Positions 1 to 13,000 of a stretch of 64,000 nucleotides of DNA are shown one piece after another (the stretch's first letter is position 1; each line of letters begins with the position of its first letter). The position numbers and the translations under genes were made by a program. The notes beneath the pieces are model-generated. The model saw only the letters and a program-made list of their open reading frames with translations, was not told the DNA's origin and did not search any database. Origin of the DNA: Selaginella moellendorffii (lineage: Eukaryota; Plantae; Lycopodiophyta); assembly GCF_000143415.4 (NCBI RefSeq), contig NW_003314458.1:8822-72821 (forward strand). The letters run 5' to 3'.

Positions 1-1234
1 CGAACCGAAAAGGCAGAAAATGGCGATGGAGGTTTGAATGGTCTCAACAGTTGCTTGTTGCAAGAGGAGGTGCTGTCAACATGCTGATTGGGATGCTATT
101 GAAGAGGAGAGAGCAAGATACAAGATATTGTCCTGGAAGGCAGCTCGCAATTTTGTATATAAAGGCATATTTGAAACGGTTACACTTGGCTTTCTCATGG
201 TTGGGCACACTCATGAAGACGTCGATGCCATGTTCAGTCACCTGGCAGAGTCCCTCCGGCGATCCAATGTCCTCACCCTCCCACAACTCTACGATGAATT
301 CCAAAATTGCATCAAAGGCACTGTTGAAGCTGCACTTCTGACAAAGGTTCCAGACTTTAAGGGGTTTGTAAGAGGCTACATTAGGGACGGATCCGAAACG
401 CTGATTGGCCACTCCAAGCCTCTTCAGTTTCATTTCAGCATGCGTGACAATGCTCCAGTGATGAGGTACAAGATGAGAGAATGGGACACAGTGTGGCTGC
501 CAGTGGACGGCATTGAACTCTTCAAGAGAGATCCCATAACTGGGGAACCTATGATTCCTCAGGGTTCCCCACGGCCGATGCACCCAAATGGACTCAAAGA
601 CCAGGAAAGTATAGTGGCCGGGATTAGACAGCATATTGCCTTCTGGAAGAGGGGGTTGGTGTTTGGTGGAGAATCCTATTTTCAGAGGTGCAAGCCTTTG
701 CTCGAATACTGGGAGAAGATTATATCTACTATCCAAAATGGGCCGGTTGTATATGAAGAATTGGAAGAGTCCTTTTGGCCAGAACCCAGAGCACCAGATA
801 GTAGCGGAACAATGTCCTCTGGAAATGCAGTGATAGATAACGATGTTGAGGATCACTATTGTGGGCCGAGGAACAAGAAGCCGGATTCAGCATTCAATCC
901 AGTACAGGTCTGCAAAGGAATGGTCGTGCTTGTCAGACCCAGTAATAAAAAACAAATGATATGGGTGGGGCGCTGCATCACTGATGCAGAGGAGGACGCG
1001 GAAACTAACTCCTTCAATGTAACTGTGGAGTGGTTCAAGCCAAGTTCCGGATATACGAAGGATTGCCTAGAAAAGAGATGGGTGCTGAATCCAAGGGATC
1101 CCAGCATGAGCATATCGGTGGATAATGTTGTGCATGGTTGGATGCGGAAGCAGAGTGCCACCATCACCTTGCCAGACCATGCAAGAGATGCAGCAAGAGC
1201 ATTCATAACCCGGGTTCAAGGTGAGATTCATTAA
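1..1234 (+). pseudogene. Defective transposase: nonsense codon plus 1215-bp in-frame deletion
   Basis: TGA at 35-37 where the other copy has CGA. The junction AARNFVY|KGIFETV lacks the segment equal to 46181-47395, which carries the first two candidate catalytic Asp motifs. Confidence 0.88.
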
Positions 1235-2432
1235 TATTCCTTTACTAAGTTTCTAATGTATTTTATTTCAAGGTGAACAATCCGAATCTGAATCAGAGGA
1301 GGCATGATGGCATGTGGCCTGAGATGATGTGACATATGCATTTACCAATCACACGTGCATAAATCTAATAATATCGCGTGTGGCCCATATTAATGGCACA
1401 TAAACCCATATTGTGGGCTTACGTGCTTTATGTACCATCATTCCCTTGCAGCGTGTGTGTTGGTTTCCTTTTATAACACAACGAACTCCATATTTTAGGG
1501 TGAAGAGCGTTCTCATGGCAAGCACAAAATCTGTAAGTGAGGCAGAAAAGGAGACGGAGAAGGAGATAGGTGAAGATGTAGAATATATAAGTCTTCCAAA
1601 CTCCCCGTACTATACTCCAAGTGATCATTTTTCTAAACAAACGGCAACATTAACAACTATCGAGAACGCCCCAGTAACGTCAGAGACAACAATCCAAAGC
1701 AAAACAACTGACCTGGAGAAGGATGATAGTACCGCTGAGAGTACCAAAAAGGAGGTGTCCACTAGCGCTTAGGCTTATAATGGCGTGTGCCCTCATGCCA
1801 TTTACTTAATCACCAAATACCTTTTTCCCTTTGCACTAGTATATCTTAATACCGGTCTGAGAAATAGAATGGCATGTGCCCTCAGGCCTTTTACTAAATC
1901 ACCTTTGAAAGAAATGCAAGCCTCTATGTTGTAAAAAAAAGGTACTAGAGAAATTCCTTAATAATATGAATGTTATTTAGTTTCATGAAAATACACTAAG
2001 GGTCAAATGAGTTAAATGACTTCTCCAGACTAGCAATGCCTCTTGCTACACCTTCACAATTAGATTCGTTAGAAAAAGATAACATTGAATAATATCTAAA
2101 TGTTCTCACCATTAAGTGATATGTCTGGCTAATAGGAATGACGTTCATCTTGGAAAGCTCACCACACGCTCAATGAACAAACAAATAGTGTGTGCGCGCA
2201 TGCCATCGCTCTTCTTTAGCTTCAGATTCGGCTTGTTCACCTTGACAATGAGATTTATTATACAACCAGATGGACTCAGTCTGGACATAAAGTCACCACG
2301 CTAGTCACCATGCCCCAGATATGTCTAGCCCCTGGACAAAAAACATATAATTTCACGTCATTTTCAAATACTTGAAAATTTGTACCTAGTCCCATTTTAC
2401 TGAATAAATCCCACTTTAACGAAATAGAGCAT
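1..2432 (+). mobile_element. Partial, internally deleted copy of the TIR DNA transposon (3' part plus TIR), inverted relative to the copy at 43909-55568
   Basis: Near-identical reverse complement of about 43909-47550. Ends in TCCCACTTTAACGAAATAGAGCAT (2409-2432), directly followed by gypsy pol codons (KGKLRKAPVL). Confidence 0.93.
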
Positions 2433-3570
2433 AAAGGGAAGTTGAGGAAGGCTCCTGTGTTGGCATTATCAAACTTTGGTAAGGACTTTGAGGTAGAAAC
2501 GGATGCTTCAGACTTTGCGTTAGGCGCGGTTTTGAAGCAAGACAACTATCCAGTAGCGTTCTTCTCGAAGAAGTTGGACAAGGCTCAATGGAAGTGGCCT
2601 GTCCACGAGAAGGAATTGTTTGCGGTGGTTAATGCACTCAAGGAGTGGCGACACTACTTTGGGAGACACTTCAAGGTTTACATGGACAATGTGGCAACGA
2701 AACATTTCTTGTCACAGCCTGACCTGAGAGGGAAACAAGGTCGGTGGGCCAATGCTTTGGCCAAATTTGATTGCGAGATTTTGTACAAGCCTGGGAAGAG
2801 CAACATCATGGCAGATGCGCTAAGTCGAAAATCAAGCTTGAAGTTGGCGATAGTCAGCATGACAGCAACCTTTTGGGATGATGTGCAAACAGCATATGAG
2901 AACAATGTTCTAGCATAAGAAGTGTTGTTGAGGAATCTGGAGGCACGGGAAGCTCACCAAAGAGGTGAGCTGCCAAAGAAAGAGAAAATGGGCTATGTGG
3001 AACGCAATGGACTCATCTATTACAAGCAAACGAGGGTGTATGTTCCAGAAGGGGAACTAAGGAATGTAGCCTTAGAAGAGTGTCATGACGGACCTCTTGT
3101 GGGACACGGCAGAGTGCCCAAGACAATGGGCTTACTCAAGAGGAAGTACCACTGGCCAAATATGGCTAAGGACGTCCAAGACTATATAAAGACATGCCCA
3201 ACATGTCAGCAGGTCAAAACCGTGACTAAGGCTAGTGGGGGCTTGTTACAAAGCATCCCAATTCCAGATCGTCCGTGGAAATGTCTTATGATGAACTTCA
3301 TCACGGGACTCCCCTCAAGCGAGGGGTTCGATGCGATATTTGTGGTGGTGGACTAATTTTCGAAGATGGCACATTTCATACCCACCACAACGGAAGTGGA
3401 TGCGAAAGGTGTGGCAAAGTTGTTCTTCGAACAAGTGGTTCGAGTGCAGGGAAGGCCAGAAGAGATTATCTCAGATCGAGATAAGATTTTCACCAATAGG
3501 TTCTAGAGAACTCTCTTGGAGCAGTATCACACCAAGTTGAAATTTAGCACAGCCTATCACCCACAAACAG

Positions 3571-3617
3571 GTATTGGGTATTACGTCAAGTTTGATGGCA
3601 CTAACACTTCTTGACAG
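3571..3617 (+). other. Putative 47-bp spliceosomal intron in integrase
   Basis: GTATTG...CACTAAC...TTGACAG; removal restores HPQT-DGETERVN and the frame. Confidence 0.78.
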
Positions 3618-4035
3618 ACGGAGAAACAGAAAGGGTGAATAGGCAGCTGGAGGATTATTTGCAATGCTATGTCTCGGGAGACTAGACCGATTGGGTAAGT
3701 CATTTGAGACTTGCGGAAATGTGTTATAACAACTCACCACATTCGAGTATCGAGGTGAGTCCATGGGAAGTTAACAATGGGCGAACTATTGAAGGTCCTA
3801 TGAAACTCGGCGTGGCCGAGTATCATGGAGAGTTACTTGCAGTGGAGGCATTCATGGCAGAAAGACTCAACATTTGGAATCTAGTGAGGGATTCCTTGGA
3901 ACAGGCTCAAAAAAGGCAAACCAAGTACGCAAACCAGAATTGTCGGGATGTAAAGTTCTAAGCTGGGGAGAAGGTGTGGCTAAACACCAAGAACCTCAGG
4001 CTACTAAATAGGATCAGTAGAAAGTTAACCCAAAG

Positions 4036-4087
4036 GTAAAAATGCATGTATTCCTGTAAGGGAATTAATCTTGAGTTCCTTAAGCAG
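4036..4087 (+). other. Putative 52-bp spliceosomal intron in integrase
   Basis: GTAAAA...TAAGCAG; removal restores RKLTQR-FAGPY and the frame. Confidence 0.78.
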
Positions 4088-4851
4088 GTTCGCGGGGCCT
4101 TATGAGATTGAGGCACGAATCGGTAAAGTGGTTTATCGTTTCCGATTTCCTCGAGAGATGGGGAAGATACATCCAATGTTCCACGTGAACTTACTTAAGC
4201 CATACTTTGAGGATCCACTTCGCAAGGACCAAGTAAGACCTTTACCTGAGGTTATCCAAGGGGAAGAGGAATACGAAGTCGAGGCCATTCTCAATGCGCA
4301 CAAGAACACAAAGACGCGAGGTGAGAGAGTTCCATGTGAAGTGGAAAGGATTTCCACATTGTGAAGCAACATTGGAACTAGAGGAGAATTTAGCGAACGC
4401 GCGAGATCTAGTGGAGGAATTTCTACAAGGCAGAACTCTATGTACTTATGCAAAGTTTAATTAAAGTATCAATTTGTGAAGTTGAGCAATGACATATGTT
4501 GGGACCCAAAGGCATGTTGAAGGTAAGCTAATTAGCATAGGTTAGCTACGTCGACCAGACATAGAGAACTACGCTCAACTCCCCATGGGGATGTCGAATC
4601 CGTAGACATATTCTACGGAGGTTGGGTTCGAGTCCCAACCCCCTAGTAAAGCAAGGCTGGGTTCAAGTCCCAACCCCATACTAGGGCATAGTGGGGTGAG
4701 GGGTATAGGGACACCTATATTCTGTTGTCATGGGCTCTTGGCCGGGGAGGCTAACTTAAGCACACCGCTAAGTGGGGGGATGCTCCCATAGACATGGTCA
4801 ACAAGTTGTAGGATAAAAAGAGATGTTCGATGAGGGCATCGAACTTCTTTT

Positions 4852-4865
4852 ATGGGTGGTGGAGT
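4852..4865 (+). other. Polypurine tract of the chromovirus
   Basis: ATGGGTGGTGGAGT immediately before TGTAAGG (LTR start). Confidence 0.8.
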
Positions 4866-5243
4866 TGTAAGGAACCAACTTCTCAAGGTGTCGTAGGCTA
4901 AAGGATCCCCGACAGCATGACCAAAATAACAAAGAATTCATTGGATAGGACCGAGTCTGAGATCAAGTCCAAGACTGACTCTGAGACTGAGTTCGCGATA
5001 GAGTCTAGAATTGAGTTCCAGGGCCAGTTTGAGACCGAGTTCGAGACAGAGTCCGAGATCCGAGATTGGATCCGAGACCAAGTCCGAGGCCCAGTCGGAA
5101 GTCGAGTCCGAGATTGAGTCTGAGATCAAGTTCGAGATCGAGTTCGAGACTGAGTCCAAAGTCGGGTCCGAGATCGAGTCTAAGATCGAGTCCGAGACCG
5201 AGTCCGAGTACTAATACAGGTCACCAAAACGTGCATCTCCCAA

Positions 5244-5278
<35 letters not shown>

Positions 5279-5658
5279 GCTCCAGGGGGTTCCAAAAGTA
5301 TAGTAGGGATAGTGAGGTCCAGGAACCAGTCTTGAAGGAACTCTCCAGTGGTGCTTCCAAACTGACTTGAGGTTGAGACTGGGGCCAAGGGGCCTTTTGT
5401 GGGAATGAGCATGGACTTAGGTGGTGCTGGAGGGGCCACCCAAGGAAGTGCTCAAAAGTAGCTCCCAATCCCAAAAAGGAAATCGACTGCAGTGCTCCCA
5501 GCTCATGTGGAGTGGTGCCCCACTTGAGTACCTTATGGCTCATCGGTCCTCGCCCTTCCTAGGGGCTTGGGCCTTCACTTCGGGATGGAAGTGGGGGGTG
5601 GGGGTAGAGGTACTTATACCAGACCGTTAGGCCACTGTGTGTCGCCCCGGCATCCCGA

Positions 5659-7460
5659 TGTAAGCAACTAATTTTTCCATTCTACTTTAATCACTTAACC
5701 ACACCTCCGACCACTTGGAGGAGTCTCAATCACAACCTCCGTAAGTCCAATTCAGGACTTGGGACTTGCTAGCCCCAAGAATGGCATCCATGCCACTCAA
5801 CATTTGCACTTGGTCCAAGTGCTCTATGTGTCTGATCCCACGACCGACACTCAAAGGTACCACTGACATGGCAGCCTGTCACGCTAAGGCCATGCCCAAT
5901 CACCTTTGCCACACTGGTAGTCCAATACCACTTGCATCACAGTCTTGGCTCTCCAAGACTAGGTAAACCATCCGTGAGTGGTCATCTCAGATCCACTCCT
6001 TAGCATCCTTAGGATGCCCACTGACAAGGGGAATAGCCTTCCCCAATATCCCTCTGTCAGTCCCCACTAAGTCCCTTTCTGCCCCTGGCCGTGTTTGCCG
6101 ACACTGCCACTGGATCGAGGCCCACAGGCCCGACCACTAAGTCCCACGGTCCTCTGGGACTTCCTCACCACACGACTGTGTCCTTGGTCACTACCCCAAA
6201 GGACTGCTCCTCTTCCTTTCCACAGTCTGGGCCTTTGGGACAACATTTCGAAACACCGTGGCCTTACGCGAGCCACCTGGGTACTCTCCCCGCCTTCTGC
6301 CTTTAGGTGCTCTAGCCATGGGCTTAGAGCGAGGTTCCGTTGAGCCACGATAGGTATCCAAGTAGGTAGTGCCACCCACACTTGGACTGGGAGCATCGGC
6401 CAGTCGATCTCCCGGGGGAACTAGAGCCGGCTCTTGAACACTTCACCAAGCTACCCCGCTTGTCGGTCCGTGTTCACTTTAGTCTTGGACTTCCCAGTGG
6501 GCAGCTCATCACCCAACACTGGGTCTGGCCTTCCTGGGCCAAACTGGCCTTTCCTGGCCAAACTGGCTCCACTGCAGTCCTCCCCCTACTATACTTTTGG
6601 AGCTCACCAAACCCCCCAGGGTCTGGGAGACGAACGCTTTGGGCTTTCACCCTCTCAGACTCGAACTCGGATTCGGACTCGGACTCGGACTTGGACTCGG
6701 ATTCGGACTCGAACTCGGACTCGGACTCGGTCTCGACTTCGGACTCCATCTCGGGTCCATCTCGGACTCCATCTCGGACTCCATCTCGGGTCCATCTCGG
6801 ACTCCATCTTGGGTCCATCTCGGGTCCATCTCGGACTCCATCTCGAACTCCATCTCGGGTCCATCTCAGACTCCATCTTGGGTCCATCTCGGGTCCATCT
6901 CGGACTCCATCTCGGACTCCATCTCGGGTCCATCTCGGGTCCATCTCGGACTCCATCTCAAGTCCATCTTGGGTCCATCTTGGACTCCATCTCGGACTCC
7001 ATCTCGGGTCCATCTCGGACTCCATCTCAGGTCCATCTTGGGTCCATCTCGGACTCCATCTCGGGTCCATTTCGGGTCCATCTCGGACTCCATCTCGGGT
7101 CCGTCTCGGACTCAATCTCGGATCCATCTCGGGTCCACCTCGGACTCCACCTCAGACTCCATCTCGGGGTCCTTCTCGGACTCCACTTCGGACTCCACTT
7201 CGGACTCCAACTCGGGTCCATCTCGGACACTTCCACGTGTCATGTGTTAGTCCTTTTTGGGTCCCTTTTTGGAGCCTCGCTTATGGCTCGCTTCGTGCTC
7301 ATTCCTCAAGCACTTTGTTAGGGGTTCCACTCCCGCTCTCGACCTTTCAAGGTGGAGCTTTCAGTCCAAACGTGTTACGCTCGTTTGGCTTTCACTTCGG
7401 CCACTACCACGTGGCGCCCTTCCAGCCCCACTTTGGGGCCTAGGGATTTTGTGTCTCACA
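5659..7460 (-). repeat. 3' LTR of element A (1.8 kb)
   Basis: TGTAAGC...TCTCACA; matches 21155-22842. Confidence 0.92.
6657..7228. repeat. LTR-internal minisatellite of GGACTC / CATCTC / GGGTC units
   Basis: Tandem GGACTCCATCTC and GGGTCCATCTC; also at about 11050-11548, 15765-16252, 18950-19446 and 22153-22610. Confidence 0.95.
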
Positions 7461-10050
7461 ACTCCACCACCCATAGACGAAGTTCGATGTCCTCATCGAA
7501 CGGTAAACCCTTTCATAAAGTAACACCCGCATGTGTTACCATTTCCATCCTTGGCACCCAGCCAATATCTGTCTATGGTTTGACACCAAAGGCTCACCAT
7601 ACCTTGTCCATCCTCTAAGGAGCATAACCTCTCCAACTTAGAGGCTCATTTAACCACTTGTGGTGGTTCTCTCCTTTTATTGGTTTAGTTCTCACTAAAC
7701 CTGTTAGAGACACCTTCTCTAACTCGACCCCACTACTTGTTCTCAAGTGGTTTCACTTTTCAGCGCTATAACCCTTGCACTTTGGAACTTTTAATTCTGA
7801 CTTCTCGAAGTCAATTTCCTAGGTGTCTCCGACACCTTGCATTGCACATATTGTGCAACTCCACTTCCTCATCCTAGGAAGTTCTCCACTTGAGGGCACA
7901 ATCATCCTTTGTTTGATTTCATGCCACCTTTGGGCACTGAGTTCCAGTTATCATATTGTGTGCTAGGGCTGTCCATGGCCCTATCTTTTGGCTACTTTGC
8001 CGCTCCCTCACCGTGAGCTTTTACTTCGCCAAATTGGAGCACTTAGGAATCCATCCTTGGAAGTCCACTTCCTTTCCCACAAGCCGTTAGCATCAAACAC
8101 ATTAATGTTCCTTGGCTAACTTTGCCATTTGGATCCCTTCCATTAAATTCCATGGCCCAAACTTGGCCACTAGTCCCTTACTCCTATCCTTGATTGTTGC
8201 ACCCAGCAATATAGGATCGCTACCTCCATTTTTGAGGTATCCTTTTGGTTCCATAGCAAAGACTCTTCTTTGCCAAGTCCGGAGGATGTTCACCCCTAGT
8301 ACGTCTCTTTAGCATCTTCTGCTATGGGCTCTATCCACAGCCCAACTTCGTGACCCTCCCATGGGTCTCTTATAGAGACTACTTTCCTTGGACTCACTAT
8401 GCCATTGCACGGACATAGTTTATTTCCCTTAGGTGCTCTTCCCACTTGGTCGTCAGGACCAAGCCACACCACCTTAAACAGTTCAATTTCAACATTTTGA
8501 ACTAGGAACTTCATTCCTTAGCCAACCAAGGACCTTGTCCTTATGTGGCCATACGATCACCTAGTGATCTCACCTTGGCACCTTAACAGAGTTGCCAAGA
8601 GGTACTTGGTCTTCTAGACCTTCAAATTGTTGACTATAACCCCGGGGGCATCCCCCACACTTGGCGGTGCACCCAAGCCAGCCCTTACGGCCAAGGGTTC
8701 ATAGCTACTGAGATTAGGTGTCCCCATCTCACTCACCACGTCCTTGGTGCCACTTGCACCAAAGCGTTCAAGTTAGATATGCCAAGCTTTCACACTAAGC
8801 AATCTAACCGTGCATCATGACTCCGAGGCATCCCTCGCTTGGCAGTGTGCCCAAACCAGTCTCCACACTGAGAGTCCATGACCACCGAAATATGAGTGTC
8901 CTCATATTCCAAACCATCACCACGCCCTAGTGATTTGGGACTTAAACCCAAGCACTAGAGGGTTGGGACTCGAACTCAACCTCCGTATATGCATCTATGG
9001 ACGGCATCACCCAGGATGCCTGGCGTGACTGCTCACGCCGGTGCACCAACTTATACTCAAAGCACGCTATAGATCACAGCTTAGGAACCTAGTTCCTCCC
9101 CACTGCCAAGTCCTCTCACTTGACAAGCCTGTGATCATGCATGGACTCCTCCATGCTTGGCCCCATGGCCCACCCTTTTTGAAGTTATCACCTTCAACTA
9201 AGGTATTTGTTCCCCTGACTTGCCAATCTCACTTTGGCAAGTCCTCCGACCACTGTAACATGGTTTTTGCACAAGCGTGAAAGCCCTTGATCATTGACTT
9301 TCGTTCAAAGCCCTCTATTTGAACACTCGGGAACTACTTCCCTAACCTTGATAGCCTTGCCTCATGGCAAGCTTCAAGACCACGCTTTTGCTATGCTACT
9401 CTGATTTCACGCGTTCCTTGAACCATTTATGCTTGGCCTTTCTAGGTACTAAGCTACCTAGAATCCTCTTTGAGAACCTTGAATGAACTCTGTCCCTTAG
9501 CTTGCTAAGGCCTCCCTTTTTGCAAGCTTTCCAATTACCATATAGTCTAACATGAACAATTCCATATTTTAGACTCTCCATGGCATCACGGTTGCTAGCA
9601 GCAATGCCCTCGAGCCCCCACTTGATTCTCCACTCCCAGCTGGCATGACCAACCTTGGTTATGCCCTTCGATTCTTATGGTTCGGTTCTATCCCCTTACT
9701 TCTTGCTTTTGGCTTCACACCTTCCCTTTGGTCATTCTCCTCCAGACCAGGAGGATAGCTTTGCACTTTCTATCATGCCTTAGCAAGTATTCTTAGGGAT
9801 GAACCTACCCGATAGCCTAGGGAGTGGTTCCTCAATCCAGGTATGCTCACCCTATAATCCCACACACTGGGATTACGTTGTTGCTTACGGGCCTTTGCAT
9901 GCCCCTTGCTAGCCTTGCGAAAATTCCATTTTTGGCTTTGTCCAATTCGAGTAGATAGTCTTCTCCTGTCTCCGCCACCTTGGACATTTGGATAGCACCT
10001 ACTATCCATCATTTGCTAGGGACTTAGTCCCTTGGGCCTTATCTACTGCC

Positions 10051-13000
10051 TGTAAGAGACTAAATTTTCCATTCTACTTTAGTCACTTAACCACACCTCC
10101 GACCACTTGGAGGAGTCTCATTCACAACCTCCATCAGTCCAATCCAGGACTTGGGACTTGCTAGACTCGAGAATGGCATCCATGCCACTCAACATTTGCA
10201 CTTGGTCCAAGTGCTCCACGTGTCCGATCCCATGACCGACACTCAAAGGTACCACCGACATGGCAGCCCGTTACGCTAAGGCCATGCCCAATCATCTTTG
10301 CCACACTGGTAGTCCAATACCACTTGCATCACAGTCTTGGCTCTCCAAGACTAGGCAAACCATCCGTGAGTGGTCATCTCAGATCCACTCCTTAGCATCC
10401 TTAGGATGCCCATCGACAAGGGGAATAGCCTTCCCCAATATCCCTCTGTCAGTCCCCACTAAGTCCCTTTCTGCCCTTGGCCGTGTTTGCCAACACTGCC
10501 ACTGGATCGAGGCCCACAGGCCCGACCACTAAGTCCCATGGTCCTCTGGGACTTCCTCACCACACGACTGCGTCCTTGGTCACTTCTCTAGAGGACTGCT
10601 CCTCTACCTTTCCACAGTCTGGGCCTTTGGGACAACATTTCGGAACACCGTGGCCTCACGCGAGCCACCTGGGTACTCTCCCCACCTATCGCCTTTAGGT
10701 GCTCTAGCCATGGGCTTAGAGCGAGGTTCCGTTGAGCCACGCCTGGTATCCAAGTAGGTAGTGCCACCCACACTTGGACTGGGAGCATCGGCCAGTCGAT
10801 CTCCCGGGGGAACTAGAGCCAGCTCTTGAACACTTCACCAAGCTACCCCGCTTGTCGGTCTGTGTTCACTCTAGTCTTGGACTTCCCAGTGGGCAGCTCA
10901 TCACCCAACACTGGGCCCGGCCTTCCTGGGCCAAACTGGCCTTTCCTGGCCAAACTGGCTCCACTGCAGTCCTCCCCCTACTATACTTTTGGAGCTCACC
11001 AAACCCCCTAGGGTCTGGGAGACGAACGCTTTGGGCTTTCACCCTCTCAGGCTCCGGACTCGGACTCGGACTCGGATTCGGACTCGGACTCGGGCTCGGG
11101 CTCGGTCTCGGCCTCGGCCTCGGTCTCGGTCTCGGTCCCGATCTCGGTCTCGGTCTCGGTCTCGGTCCCGGTCCCGGTCTCGGTCTCGACTTCGGACTCC
11201 ATCTCGGACTCCATCTCGGACTCCATCTCGGACTCCATCTCGGGTCCATCTCGGGTCCATCTCGGACTCCATCTCGGACTCCATCTCGGGTCCATCTCGG
11301 ACTCCATCTCGGACTCCATTTCGGGTCCATCTCGGGTCCACCTCGGACTCCATCTCGGACTCCATCTCGGGTCCATCTCGGACTCCACTTCAGACTCCAA
11401 CTCGGGTCCATCTCGGACTCCATCTCGGACTCCACTTGGGACTCCACTTCGGACTCCAACTCGGGTCCATCTCGGACTCCAATTCGGACTCCAACTCGGG
11501 TCCATCTCGGACTCCACTTCGGACTCCAACTCGAGTCCATCTCGGACACTCCCACGTGTCATGTGTTGGTCCTTTTGGGTCCCTTTTTGAAGCCTCGCCT
11601 TTTGCTCGCTTCGTGCTCGTTCCTCGAGCACTTCGTTGGGAGTTCCACTCCCGCTCTTGACTTTTCAAGTCGGAGCTTTTGGTCCAAACGTGATATGCTC
11701 GTTTGGCTCTCGCTTCGGCCACTACCATGTGGCGCCCTTCCGGCTCCACTTTGGGGCCTAGGGATTTTGTGTCTCACAACTCCACCACCCATAGACGAAG
11801 TTCGATGTCCTCATCGAACGGTGAACCATTTTATAAAGTAACACCCGCATGTGTTACCATTTCCATCCTTGGTGCGTAGCCAATATTTGTCAATGGTGTG
11901 ACATTGAAGGCTCACCATGCCTTCTCCATATTCGTCAACGGTTGGACATTGAAGGCTCACCATGCCTTTTGCATATCCTCCAAGGAGGGTAGTCTCTCCA
12001 ACTTAGAGGCTGATTGGACCACATATGGTGGTTCTCTCCTTTTATTGGTTTAGTTCTCGCTAAACCTCTTAGAGACCCTTCTCTAAGTCAATCCCACTAC
12101 TCCTTCTCGAGTAGTCTCAATTTCCATCGATATAACCTTTGCATTTTGGAACTTTAAATTTTGACTTGTTGGAGTCAATTTCCTAGGTGTCTCCGACACC
12201 TTGCCTTGCACCTTTTGTGCAACTCCACTTCCCATCCTAGGAAGTTCTCTACTCGAGGGCACCATCATCCTCTTTTCTATTTCGTGCCAAAGTTCCAATT
12301 ATCATACTTTGTGCTAGGGCTGTTTATGGCCCTATCATTTGGCTACCTTACCGCTCCCTCCCTTGGAGCTTCCACTTTCGCCAAATCGGAGCATTTCGGA
12401 ATCCCTCCTTGGAAACACACTTCCTTTCCCACAACTTGTTAGCATCCAACACATTAGTGTTCCTCGCCTAACTTTGTCACTTGGATTCCTTCCAAGGGAT
12501 TCCATGGCCCTATCTTGGCCACTCATCTTTTGCTCCTATCCGTTGATTGTTGCACCAAGCAACATTGAATCTCTACCTCCCTCCTTGAGGTATTGTTTCG
12601 GTTCCATAGCAAAGACTCTTCTTTGCCAAGTCCGGAGGATGTTCACCCCTAGTACGTCTCTTTAGCATCTTCTGCTATGGGCTCTATCCACGGCCCAACT
12701 TCGTGACCCTCCCATGGGTCTTTTATAGAGACTACTTTCCTCGGACTCACTATGCCATCGCACGGACATAGTTTATTTCCCTTAGGTGCTCTTCCCACTT
12801 GGTCATCACGACCAAGCCACACCATCTTAAACAGTTCAATTTCAACATTTTGAACCAGGAACTTCATTCCTTAGCCAACCAAGGACCTTGTCCTTATCTG
12901 GCCATAAGATCACCTAGTGATCTCACCTTGGCACCTTAACAGAGTTGCCAAGAGATACTTGGTCTTCTAGACCTCCAAGTTGTTGACTATAACCCCGGGG

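Larger units (their letters stand above)
2433..4440 (+). pseudogene. Ty3/gypsy chromovirus pol remnant: RNase H, integrase, chromodomain
   Basis: ETDASDFALGAVL and EKELFAVV (RNase H); HDGPLVGH...CPTC (integrase Zn finger); STAYHPQT/DGETERVN and QR/FAGPY; EEYEVEAIL...VKWKGF (chromodomain). Several in-frame stops. Confidence 0.93.

Noticed and set aside
151-170. Microhomology-mediated deletion via AGGCAT
   Set aside because: The observed junction is one base off the product that this microhomology would give.
4621-4676. tRNA gene
   Set aside because: Only T-arm-like hairpins; no D arm, anticodon arm or acceptor stem.
6382-7443. Long ORFs on both strands in the LTR minisatellite (also 10774-11841, 15555-16721, 18673-19914, 21878-22825)
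   Set aside because: Stop-free by-products of hexamer repeats; open in several frames; no domain.
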